DNA of 52,014 nt from Promethearchaeota archaeon. Lineage in GTDB: Archaea > Asgardarchaeota > Lokiarchaeia > Sigyniarchaeales > SOKP01. The notes beneath the pieces are model-generated. The model ran no database searches and had not been told where the DNA came from. It saw nothing but the letters and a program-made list of their open reading frames with translations. Below, in pieces: positions 38,262-47,580 of this stretch (position 1 is the first letter of the stretch; the number at the start of each line of letters is the position of its first letter). Location of the stretch: contig JAFGGO010000022.1 in NCBI GenBank assembly GCA_016930515.1, positions 1 to 52,014 on the forward strand, given 5' to 3'. A program made the translations under genes and the position numbers.

Positions 38262-38562
38262 TCCGTTAAAAAACATACATCTTTTATTCATATTTATTCG
38301 ATTTTTGACAAATAAATTCATCCAAATACCCATTAATTATTTAGAGATTTTCACTTTCTCGTCCACATTTCATTCGACGATCTTTAAACAAAAATTTTTC
38401 ACAAATATCCTTTTTAAGTAAGTCCTATTTATGAAATAAAGAGAATGAACGATATTCGGTATGACCTCACGATTAAATTGTTTAAACAAAAATAATATAT
38501 TATATTTCAAACTTTAAATGATCAGAAATAATTTACCTCACACCTTAGTTGATTTTTGAATA

Positions 38563-39969
38563 ATGAGTTATAAATTTACTACGGAAGAATTAGAAGAGCT
38601 ATTGGTCGATTACAACAAGATCGCACTAAAGGGCAAGAATATTCCTTCCAAGGTCTCTATTTGGGACGAAACCTTAAGAGACGGCGAACAAACGCCTACC
38701 GTTTATCTTACTTTAGATGAGAAAATCCACTTGGCTAAAATGATGGACGAGATTGGCGTAAAAATTATTGCCGTTGGATTTCCAGCGGTCTCAGACTCTG
38801 AAAAGCTTATTGTCAAGACAATTGTGAACGAGGATTGTAAGAGGGCCTCGATCGTTGGTGTAGCGAGACCAAAAATCGAAGATATTGACCACTGTATCGA
38901 TGCAGATCTTAAAGAAATCGTCATATTCATGCCTATTTCTCCTATATTTCTCAAGACACTCAAACAAACAAAAGCGCAACAATTAGAAAAAATAGAAAGA
39001 TCAATTCTTTACGCTAAAAATAACGGATTCAAAGTCAACTGGGTTGCTGAAGACGGAACAAGGTCGGAATTTACTCACCTTAAAAATGTGTTTCAAACCG
39101 CTATTAAAGCTGGCGCCGAGCGAGTCGTAATTGGAGACACTGTAGGAGTTTTAACTCCAATATCTACATCTTATTTAATCAAGCGTATAAAAAAACAGGT
39201 CATAGATCCCCTCAAAATGGATGTTGGCTTGGGAATACACACACACAACGACTTTGGATTGGCAGTAGCCAACACGATCACAGGAGTATTTGAAGGGTGT
39301 GAGTTTCCCCATACATGTATAAACGGATACGGAGAACGAGCTGGAAACGCCGCTTTAGAAGAAGTTGTTACAATTCTTAAGCGGATGGGGATTGATACGG
39401 GGATCAAGTTACAAAAATTACCCGAACTAAGTGCAGTTTGTGAAAAGTATTTCTGCCAGCCCCTTGCTCGAAACAAGCCTATTGTTGGTGATTTTGCGTT
39501 CAGTCACGAAAGTGGGCTTCATATTGCAGCGATTCTTGCTCATCCTCTCACCTATGAGCCCATCAATCCAAAAATGGTGGGAAGAAATAGGCGATTTTTC
39601 TTGGGCAAATTTTCGGGTACAAAATCTATAGAACACGCCATCCAACAAGAACAAGCGCATCAAAAACAATTAGCTAAGAAAAAGATAAAAGATCTCAAAC
39701 CAGAAGAAGTCCTTTTGCAAAAACTTAAAATCTTAGATTTAGATATTCCTACGAATATCATTAAGTTAATCGTGAACGAGGTAAAAAGCAAGATAGAATC
39801 GCGATCAAAGGAAGACTTGAGAGAATCGTTTTTCAAAATAAAAAAGGAACTGGCGAAGATGATAAAAACATTAACTGATAGGGAGTTTTTTGATATCGTT
39901 AACAAATACGCTCAACCTTATGTACCAGAAGAATTTAAACCCAAGCTTGCTCCAAAAAAGGCGAGCTAG
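38563..39969 (+). CDS. DRE-TIM metallolyase of the homocitrate/isopropylmalate/citramalate synthase family, lacking the LeuA regulatory domain
   Basis: DETLRDGEQ, HTHNDFG, GYGERAGNAALEE, HESGLH, YEP. Confidence 0.85.
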   Translation: MSYKFTTEELEELLVDYNKIALKGKNIPSKVSIWDETLRDGEQTPTVYLTLDEKIHLAKMMDEIGVKIIAVGFPAVSDSEKLIVKTIVNEDCKRASIVGVARPKIEDIDHCIDADLKEIVIFMPISPIFLKTLKQTKAQQLEKIERSILYAKNNGFKVNWVAEDGTRSEFTHLKNVFQTAIKAGAERVVIGDTVGVLTPISTSYLIKRIKKQVIDPLKMDVGLGIHTHNDFGLAVANTITGVFEGCEFPHTCINGYGERAGNAALEEVVTILKRMGIDTGIKLQKLPELSAVCEKYFCQPLARNKPIVGDFAFSHESGLHIAAILAHPLTYEPINPKMVGRNRRFFLGKFSGTKSIEHAIQQEQAHQKQLAKKKIKDLKPEEVLLQKLKILDLDIPTNIIKLIVNEVKSKIESRSKEDLRESFFKIKKELAKMIKTLTDREFFDIVNKYAQPYVPEEFKPKLAPKKAS

Positions 39970-40021
39970 AATCATCCCCTTCGTGTTAAGCAAAATATTT
40001 TTCTTGATTTTATTAGAATCT

Positions 40022-41410
40022 CTATTTTTTAAGTATTTTATCAATGGCTTTTATTCGATCTTGGGATTTATTTAGGTCGCTTTTTAGTTTTTTAATTTGT
40101 TTTTTATAGGATTTATCGTCTAATTCTCCCGCATCGTGTTTTTTTTCGATGAATTCTATCAATTCCTTTACCGATTTCACCTTAGTTCCTAAGCTTTCTC
40201 TTTCAGGTTCTAGATTTTCATCTAATTCTCCTGAGGGGGCGTCATGTTTTTCTTTCAAGCTTGATGGTTTTTCGGGCAAAGAAGAAAGCACGTGTTTTCC
40301 TTGAGTTTCAAAAGCATAATCGATAAAATCGGTCGTATCCTCAACGTACTGTTCCTGCTGATGTTCTGGACCTTGCGTTTCGTATTGAGGTTCGTAATGC
40401 TGCCAATTGTTGTATTGTTGCTGTTCATGACTGTTCATATTTTGAGCTATTTGAGCTCCAGTTATTATGCTATTTTCATCAAACGCAACTTTCTCGATGA
40501 GGTGATCGATAGTCTTCTTCATTGTATTGATCTGGTCAGAAAATAGCTTGAGTAGCGACATTAATTCGCTTTTATTAGATATTTTAATATCGTAGTTGAT
40601 ATTTACATTGTCAATATTTACATTCTTTTTAGAAGAAGCGTTATTTCCAACATAATCGTATTGATAAGCAGCTGTATCGTGATTAATGGGTGCTGGAATG
40701 TTTTTACTTTTCCGTATTTCCGCCCTTTCTTCTGAGAAAAGCCAATTAAAAATATTTAATGCAAGTGCGGAATGCGTTTCGTATGCCATCCCTCCTCCCA
40801 CCTTGTTTCTGAACATCTCGTAGCTCCCCATACAACATACCCTTCCTTTTTCAGCTTCGGAAATGCAAATTAATGGTGTTGAGAAGGGATCCGATGTTTC
40901 GTTTGAGGATGCAATGGCTATGGCTCCTGCGCCAATTATTGTAGAGGAACATCCCGCTCTATAACAGATGGTATCCAATCCGTTTGTAATAATGTGTGGT
41001 GGATTGAAAGAAGTACTATAGATTATTGGGAGGTTTTCCAAGCCTAAGTTACTTTTATCGTCTAAAACTTGGTCGTTTTCAAACGCAATACCGAATGATT
41101 CTGCTAATTCGTTTAAATTACTACTTCTCCCCCGGTCTCCACCTGCGTGAGAGAGTAATAGCAACCCTCCCCCCTCCTTTTTTACCCAAGTATCTATTTC
41201 GTTAATCTCTCTTGAGGTGATCTTCGCAAAATCAGGACAGGCAAACACTAAAATATCGTAGAGTTTAAGGCTTGACTGTGTGATTGCGTCGTTAAAAGAA
41301 TGGCACTCAAAATCTTTTGATTCTAACAATTCTTTTAGATGAGAATAATTTTCAGCGATATTTCCCCGGCACTTATGTCCGGAATCGAAAGCTATATATT
41401 TTTTACTCAT
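40022..41410 (-). CDS. GIFT (GldG/IFT52-like, DUF4350) domain protein with a low-complexity linker and C-terminal helical hairpin
   Basis: IAFDSGH, GGGLLLLSHAGG...NLNELAESFGIAFENDQV, HIITNG, GRV; class I GATase-like pattern. Confidence 0.7.
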   Translation of the reverse strand: MSKKYIAFDSGHKCRGNIAENYSHLKELLESKDFECHSFNDAITQSSLKLYDILVFACPDFAKITSREINEIDTWVKKEGGGLLLLSHAGGDRGRSSNLNELAESFGIAFENDQVLDDKSNLGLENLPIIYSTSFNPPHIITNGLDTICYRAGCSSTIIGAGAIAIASSNETSDPFSTPLICISEAEKGRVCCMGSYEMFRNKVGGGMAYETHSALALNIFNWLFSEERAEIRKSKNIPAPINHDTAAYQYDYVGNNASSKKNVNIDNVNINYDIKISNKSELMSLLKLFSDQINTMKKTIDHLIEKVAFDENSIITGAQIAQNMNSHEQQQYNNWQHYEPQYETQGPEHQQEQYVEDTTDFIDYAFETQGKHVLSSLPEKPSSLKEKHDAPSGELDENLEPERESLGTKVKSVKELIEFIEKKHDAGELDDKSYKKQIKKLKSDLNKSQDRIKAIDKILKK

Positions 41411-41631
41411 TAAGTTTCACTTGATAAGATTATAAAAGGTTTATAATTGCTCGAAAATTCTTTTTAAACCGTATTTGTTACTTGATATTCTATCAATCGC
41501 AACAATACTATATAAGATTTTATATCAAATAAATGTACATGTAATTACTGCTTAGACTAATTTATTTCCATTTAAGCAGAAAAATAATAACGCTATGAGT
41601 TTGAACTAAAATCATTATTTTTTTTGAATTG

Positions 41632-42732
41632 TTAATAAACGCTTTTATCTCCTATTATAAGGCTATCCTTGATGATTCCATTGATATTCACGTTGCTACC
41701 TACGATTGAACTGTCCGTGATCACCTTTTTTAAGGAAGCTTCTTGTTCTATAATACTATTACTTATGATCGAGTCTTGAATAATCGAATTATCCCCAATC
41801 GAAACGTGAGGTCCGATTACGGAGTTAACGATTTTCACGCCTTTTCCAATGTGGATGGGATTTTTTAACCATGATTTTTCGACTTGAATCCCTTTTTGTT
41901 GAAATTCTTCTTTTTTTGTTGAATATTGTTCTAATAAAAAGCGATTTCCGCTTAAAACCTCTGATGGACGACCAAAATCCAGAATTCCTTTTTTTAATTC
42001 CACGGCGGCTATTTTATAGCCTTGATCAACCAAGTCTTGAAGACTTTCTGTAAGATAAATTTCCTTAGAATCTTCCGTTCTCTTATCAAGGTATTTTTTT
42101 ATGTTTTTGTAAAGTGCTTGCATTGTATCATGAGAAAAAGCGTAGATCCCCGCAATTGCCAAATCTGAAACGAAATATTCAGGTTTTTCCACGAGTTTCT
42201 GAATTAAATTGTTTTGATCGACTATAACGACGCCATAAGAGCTGGCTTCTTCTTTTGGAACCTTCATGACCGTGATTATACCGTCAATATCGGATTCGTA
42301 ATATCTGTATAATAAATAGGAATAATCGTCGATAGGTATCATGTCGCCTAGAAAGATTAACGCGCCTTTTCTCTTGTTCTCTTCGTGATTGACAATTTGT
42401 TCTTCTTCAAAACTGTTTTTAGTGAGATAAATTGCTTCACCAAGACCCCAATAATACGGAACTTCGTCCTTGTATCCCCGAGGAATTTGCTCGATAAATT
42501 TCAGTTTGAAGAGTTGGTTATAATCGTGTTCTTTTAGGTAAGATATGATTTGACGCTTCTTATAGCCAACTATAAGTATCAATTCCGTATCTTTGTTAAA
42601 TGTGTCGGTAAATTTGAGGAGGATATGATCCAAAACGGTTTTTCCCGCTACACTAATAAACGCTTTGGGTTTACTAAGAGTGAACGGTCGTAGTCTTGAA
42701 CCAATACCAGCAATAGGTCCAATTATTTTCAT
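41632..42732 (-). CDS. Sugar-phosphate nucleotidyltransferase (glucose-1-P thymidylyltransferase long form)
   Basis: AGIGSRLRPFT...PK, LGD, YGVV, VEKP, C-terminal hexapeptide repeats. Confidence 0.9.
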   Translation of the reverse strand: MKIIGPIAGIGSRLRPFTLSKPKAFISVAGKTVLDHILLKFTDTFNKDTELILIVGYKKRQIISYLKEHDYNQLFKLKFIEQIPRGYKDEVPYYWGLGEAIYLTKNSFEEEQIVNHEENKRKGALIFLGDMIPIDDYSYLLYRYYESDIDGIITVMKVPKEEASSYGVVIVDQNNLIQKLVEKPEYFVSDLAIAGIYAFSHDTMQALYKNIKKYLDKRTEDSKEIYLTESLQDLVDQGYKIAAVELKKGILDFGRPSEVLSGNRFLLEQYSTKKEEFQQKGIQVEKSWLKNPIHIGKGVKIVNSVIGPHVSIGDNSIIQDSIISNSIIEQEASLKKVITDSSIVGSNVNINGIIKDSLIIGDKSVY

Positions 42733-42788
42733 TTTATAATTTTTTGAAACAATGCTTATTTGACGATATTTGTAGTAGTGTTTGTTGG

Positions 42789-43565
42789 TTAATAAAATTT
42801 TGACTCGTCAGAATCAAAAATTCTTTGTAAATAGCCAAATAGCATCGATTCTCCTTCTTCTTCTCGAACCGTACAAGGAATTAATTCTGCCGTTGATCCC
42901 ATTTGAACGAAAACTTCTGAGATTAGCATTGACAACTCCCTGATAAGCCCTGCTTCTCTTTCGTTCGTGGAATCCTCCAACGCTTGAAAGTCTTGGCTCC
43001 AGTTTACGATCATATCTAATTGATCGTCGCTAAGAATGTCTGACTTGGAAAGGACATTGATCTGGGGGATGTTTTTGAATCGAAATTGAACTGAAGCCGC
43101 TAAAAGAAGCGTTGAGATGAATCCGTTAGGTCTGAGAACGAAGTTCGAATCAAAGAGAAACGTGACCGCTCTTTGTATTGAACCAAAACCTAACGAACTT
43201 GCAATCAATGGTCCCGTTTCCCGAAAGGCAAATAGCTCTAACTGACCTGCAGTGTCAACGAAAATCCACTCTGGATTGTATTCGTCGATCTCGTCTTTAA
43301 GATCGTCTAAATAATTTACCATCAGATCTGAAGCCAATATCATTGCCCCATTTGGTCCGAGGCCGTATTCTTCCATGATATCGTCTAAAACAATAAAATC
43401 TCGAATGTCTATGTCTGGAATATAGGGCATTTTCTTTACTCCAGGATCTAAATTTATGGTTATGGCGAAAGTTTCGGGATTTCGATGCAATACAAATTCC
43501 TTTAGAGCACCGGTGAGATTAGATTTTCCACTTCCGGCGCTTCCTATGATGTAATTTAATAAAAT
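42789..43565 (-). CDS. GPN-loop GTPase; probable ATT start
   Basis: Walker A GSAGSGKS lies upstream of the track start (43490); NLDPG, GLGPNGA, DTAGQLE, SKSD; SD GGAGG at 43575-43579. Confidence 0.9.
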   Translation of the reverse strand: MLLNYIIGSAGSGKSNLTGALKEFVLHRNPETFAITINLDPGVKKMPYIPDIDIRDFIVLDDIMEEYGLGPNGAMILASDLMVNYLDDLKDEIDEYNPEWIFVDTAGQLELFAFRETGPLIASSLGFGSIQRAVTFLFDSNFVLRPNGFISTLLLAASVQFRFKNIPQINVLSKSDILSDDQLDMIVNWSQDFQALEDSTNEREAGLIRELSMLISEVFVQMGSTAELIPCTVREEEGESMLFGYLQRIFDSDESKFY

Positions 43566-43629
43566 TTTCCGAGTCCTCCCTTTGTTATTCTTGAATAGAT
43601 AACGGTAGGATTATCAATATAAAAAACAA

Positions 43630-44022
43630 TTACTTTTCAATTTTACGCAAATTTGACAAGTAATAAATCGGGCGTTTCAAAGAACCTTCAAAAAGCTCTA
43701 TTTCTTCCCTCGTGTGAGATCCGATGTACCCATCCACATCCAATACTAACATGGCTTCTTGGGATTTTAATTTTTCTAGGGCAATTTCCTGTAATTTATC
43801 CCATTCCTGCGTTGAAAATTCTTCTTTGTGTAATAATCCATCTATGGAACAAATAAAAACTAGCTTGTTATATAAAATTTGAAGTATTGATTCCACCTTG
43901 AAAAAATATTCTCTTGCACGAGAGTTTGAGCCTGCTAAAAATACTACTCTTTCCTTAATCCTTGAAAAATCGTAGATCTTCATTTCTTCTAGAAATTCTT
44001 GATTTAAACGCTTATTTTCCAT
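43630..44022 (-). CDS. Nucleoside deoxyribosyltransferase-like / DUF4406-like small Rossmannoid protein
   Basis: VFLAGS...LVLDVDGYIGSHTREEI pattern. Confidence 0.5.
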   Translation of the reverse strand: MENKRLNQEFLEEMKIYDFSRIKERVVFLAGSNSRAREYFFKVESILQILYNKLVFICSIDGLLHKEEFSTQEWDKLQEIALEKLKSQEAMLVLDVDGYIGSHTREEIELFEGSLKRPIYYLSNLRKIEK

Positions 44023-44141
44023 TTTTCAATATTCACCGTTGAGCTGTATCCAATAAAAATACTAAAAAATTTTATCTTACTCGTAAAAAGAATTGGAATT
44101 TAAAAACCTTTATTAGACCTCGTTCCTATTTCATTCTCACC

Positions 44142-44963
44142 GTGATTTCAAATACCGTTTACCTTGCTGATAATTTGGAATTGCTTAAAAAAATCGATTC
44201 AAACTCGATTGATCTCATCTATATAGATCCTCCTTTTTTCAGTGGCGTTGATTATAAGGAATTTTCGGATCAATGGAAGTCTATTGACAATTATCTAGAA
44301 TTCATGAGCGTTAGGATAAAGGAAATGCATAGGGTTTTAAAGAATTCTGGAAGTTTTTATTGTCATTGCGATTCCAGTGCGGCATTTGATTTAAAACCAA
44401 TATGCGACGGCATTTTTAAACGTGAAAACTTTAAAAGAGACATTATCTGGAATGTGGGAAGCGTCTCGGGATTTAAAAGTCAAATAAAAGGGTGGGTGAG
44501 GCAACACGATTTCATTTTTTATTATACGAAAAGTTCAGATTTCACTTTTAATAAACAATACCTTCCCTATAAGGAAGAATACATCAAAAAAATGTTCCGC
44601 TACGAAGATGAAGACGGGCGAGTCTATAGAACACGCAGGAAAGGGCGTCAGTATTTAGACGAAAAACCTGGAAATCCCGTAGGCGATGTTTGGACCGATA
44701 TTCTGATAGGTGATGTTTGGAACGACATTCTTTCCTATCAAACGAGAACCCGTTCGAAAGAATATACCGGATATCCTACACAAAAACCCATTCGGCTTCT
44801 CGAGCGCATAATATTAGCTTCTTCAAATGAGGGAGACCTTTTTGCCGACTTTTTTTGTGGTTCTGGAACCTCCCTAGTTGTCGCAAAAAAACACAATAGA
44901 AACTGGATTGGCGTGGATATTAATCCAAGAGCGATCGAATTATGTAATATTAGGCTCGGGTAG
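44142..44963 (+). CDS. Solitary beta-class DNA methyltransferase, probably N6-adenine
   Basis: IYIDPPF, YPTQKP, DFFCGSGT; GTG start. Confidence 0.9.
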   Translation: MISNTVYLADNLELLKKIDSNSIDLIYIDPPFFSGVDYKEFSDQWKSIDNYLEFMSVRIKEMHRVLKNSGSFYCHCDSSAAFDLKPICDGIFKRENFKRDIIWNVGSVSGFKSQIKGWVRQHDFIFYYTKSSDFTFNKQYLPYKEEYIKKMFRYEDEDGRVYRTRRKGRQYLDEKPGNPVGDVWTDILIGDVWNDILSYQTRTRSKEYTGYPTQKPIRLLERIILASSNEGDLFADFFCGSGTSLVVAKKHNRNWIGVDINPRAIELCNIRLG

Positions 44964-45071
44964 GAAAAAATTATCAAATAAAAACAAGTTGTATTTTGAT
45001 AAGCGCAGATTTATTTATTAGATTTTTCATTACTATGTTATCGATCAATACTTAAATTTATTATTAGACAG

Positions 45072-45902
45072 ATGTTAGGCGATATCTTTTACAATATATT
45101 TTACGCATTCATGATATTCTACATGGCAACATTTCTAATTGTTGGAATATATTTTTTATTTCGTGGATATAAGGTCAAGATGCCCAACTTATATTATGCC
45201 GGTTTAAGTTTTTTACTAATGGCAATATCTCAATTAATTAGCAGGATGATTAGATCGTTAAAAATCATTGAAGTTAGTTTAATTGCGATTAGCCTTATAT
45301 TTGTAATATTATTTATTAATCAAACCTTTTATAAAGAGCGAAAATCGATGATCCTTAAAAAGAATCGTCGTACCTACTTGCCAACAATCTTGATTGCGTT
45401 AACAATCTTGGCCTCGATAGTAACATGCTGTTGTAGTATTCTCATCGATACACCTTTAAATACTCCCGAAAATAATTTAATCTATCTCCTTGCTACGGTA
45501 ATTCAGAGGTTCTTGGTATTTCACTGGGCCGCTCTTTCGTCCTATCTTGCGTATAAAAAGCTTAGGGATAAAAATATTCGCCCTTGGATAAAGTTCAGAT
45601 ATAAAATATTTGCATTTACCTCCTTTCTCTTGGGGTTTCAACCAATCGTCCTTTTTTTCCAGCCCTATGGAATACCTTTCGGTTCTCCTCATCCTACCCA
45701 AAGTGCCGTTATTTTTGGGATTACTGCTTTGATAGCCATGATGTATTCCATTGGTTCTTTGCTCATTTGGATAATGCCAAAATGGCTAAAAACTTTCTTG
45801 GATAGAAATTATCGTTCTCTCGATGAAAACATAGATTATTCAGAAGCTGAATTACTTACTTTGATAAAGAACCAATTACCATCGAGGGGGGAAGATTGGT
45901 AG
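45072..45902 (+). CDS. Predicted 7-TM membrane protein
   Basis: Seven hydrophobic segments, basic loop between TM5 and TM6, WIMPKWLK after TM7. Confidence 0.7.
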   Translation: MLGDIFYNIFYAFMIFYMATFLIVGIYFLFRGYKVKMPNLYYAGLSFLLMAISQLISRMIRSLKIIEVSLIAISLIFVILFINQTFYKERKSMILKKNRRTYLPTILIALTILASIVTCCCSILIDTPLNTPENNLIYLLATVIQRFLVFHWAALSSYLAYKKLRDKNIRPWIKFRYKIFAFTSFLLGFQPIVLFFQPYGIPFGSPHPTQSAVIFGITALIAMMYSIGSLLIWIMPKWLKTFLDRNYRSLDENIDYSEAELLTLIKNQLPSRGEDW

Positions 45903-46174
45903 AGATAATTAACTATCTTGGGATACATTTAGCCCAACTAGTCCAAATTTCACCTCTAGCTGCCAGGGGATTGATTAAATTAGCCATAAAAGACGAATTA
46001 GGACCTTACTTTCAATTTGATAAAATTAAGTTTCAAGAACTCAAATTAACGATTAGCAATTCGCTAAAAATTAGGATCCAAAAATTAAAAAATATCGAAA
46101 CAGATAAAGTAATAAAAAAATTGGAAGAAGAATTAATAGAAAATCAATCGTTAATTACGATGTCAAAAGTATGA
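45896..46174 (+). CDS. Small soluble helical protein coupled to the 7-TM gene
   Basis: TTG start overlaps the upstream gene end, G-rich SD; AARGLIKLAIKDELG. Confidence 0.7.
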   Translation: MVEIINYLGIHLAQLVQISPLAARGLIKLAIKDELGPYFQFDKIKFQELKLTISNSLKIRIQKLKNIETDKVIKKLEEELIENQSLITMSKV

Positions 46175-46215
46175 TCTTACTCCTAATCACATAGAAAATT
46201 CATATTGTAAAAACA

Positions 46216-46842
46216 TTACAAAATTTTTAATACTAACTCTCCCACGCGCTTGCCCACATCCCTAGCGATCGTTCCTGCTAACTCGTCAACTTCGCCTTTA
46301 CCCATGAATTCCTTGAGCGTGAACTTTTGCAGGCTATTAATTGGGATATTTCCCTCCAAAACAGGGCTACCAAGATTATTTCCTACCACGATCATTCCTT
46401 GGATGAGCGCAAAATTTATGAGCCCTGAAATAACGCCCTCCCCGTATCCTCGAAGTCCCGTGGAAGCCAAGGGAGCAAATATTACATCTTTTAATAAATA
46501 TCCTTTCATTTTCCACGGTCTTGAACGGTCAATGAGCACTTTTACTTGTGAACTCATGGAGCCAAAGTAATTTGGGGCCGCAATTAAAAGCGCTGCTGAA
46601 TTCAGTAATGTTTCTTCAAGCTTTTTCGTATCATCGTTTTCTGCTAGCGGGCAGTCGTTTGGAGGCCTCAAACATTGATCGCATCCGTTGCACGGCGTTA
46701 TACTATAATCCGATATTTGCAGCTTGTTTATCTCTAGCTCTTCAGAAACCGATTTGATACCATCAATCGCACAATCTATTAGATAATTACAGCTTCTATT
46801 TTTTCTTGGTGAACCAACAATCAAAGTTATTTTCTTGGACAT
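46216..46842 (-). CDS. Flavodoxin-fold iron-sulfur flavoprotein / NADPH-dependent FMN reductase
   Basis: GSPRK, CNGCDQC...C cluster motif, APNYFG, IDRS. Confidence 0.88.
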   Translation of the reverse strand: MSKKITLIVGSPRKNRSCNYLIDCAIDGIKSVSEELEINKLQISDYSITPCNGCDQCLRPPNDCPLAENDDTKKLEETLLNSAALLIAAPNYFGSMSSQVKVLIDRSRPWKMKGYLLKDVIFAPLASTGLRGYGEGVISGLINFALIQGMIVVGNNLGSPVLEGNIPINSLQKFTLKEFMGKGEVDELAGTIARDVGKRVGELVLKIL

Positions 46843-46893
46843 TCTTGATTTTCCTCTTTAATATCGATTAAATGTTTGCATGAACTATAACTA

Positions 46894-47052
46894 CTAATCG
46901 TCATCATTGTCTTCTTCCTCTTCGTCCTCTTCGTCGAAATCAAATTCTCCGTGGCATCTCTCGCAAAACGGAGTACAGTTTATATAGATGGCCTTGCTAT
47001 CACGCAATTCTCGTCCACAACGTGAGCATTCGACATAATCCTTGCCTTCCAT
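46894..47052 (-). CDS. 52-aa zinc-finger microprotein with acidic tail (not in the ORF track)
   Basis: MEGKDYVECSRCGRELRDSKAIYINCTPFCERCHGEFDFDEEDEEEEDNDDD*, SD AAGGAG upstream. Confidence 0.8.
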   Translation of the reverse strand: MEGKDYVECSRCGRELRDSKAIYINCTPFCERCHGEFDFDEEDEEEEDNDDD

Positions 47053-47181
47053 AATATCAAATTCTCCTTGTTATAATCATGACTTTGAATGAATAAAATA
47101 ATTGGTATGTTTTAATCCTTTTTGATTTGGATTTTAAATATTATAAATTATAATAAATAAAAATTAAGTAAGGCTGTAGAC

Positions 47182-47580
47182 TTACTCGAGTTCTTCGTCT
47201 TCAAACTCAATTTCGTCTGATTTATTTTCTATTTTATCGTTTGCCTTCTTTGTTTCCTTGACTTTCTTTTTCGATTCTCTTTTCGAATCGTCTGAATAGT
47301 CTTTTTTCTTTTTTCCAAAATGTTTTTCGTCGAATTCGTCGAATTTTGCCTTTAATTTGTCTCCCACGGGTGAGGTATTCACGAGGACGCCCAAAACGAT
47401 TAAAATAGCGAAAATAACGATGTATAACACCAAACTTTGGTCGGGGAAATACGCTAAAAGGACATTAATCGCTCGCACCATAACTTCTCCAATGGGCACT
47501 ACTAATGGTTTTATGAAATTAATTAACGCAGCAACTATCGTGGCGAGCATTTCTAGGGCCGGTATTATTTCAAAGATCAT
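47182..47580 (-). CDS. Hypothetical membrane protein with charged C-terminal tail
   Basis: Hydrophobic N-terminal half; ATGA overlap with the upstream gene. Confidence 0.7.
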   Translation of the reverse strand: MIFEIIPALEMLATIVAALINFIKPLVVPIGEVMVRAINVLLAYFPDQSLVLYIVIFAILIVLGVLVNTSPVGDKLKAKFDEFDEKHFGKKKKDYSDDSKRESKKKVKETKKANDKIENKSDEIEFEDEELE

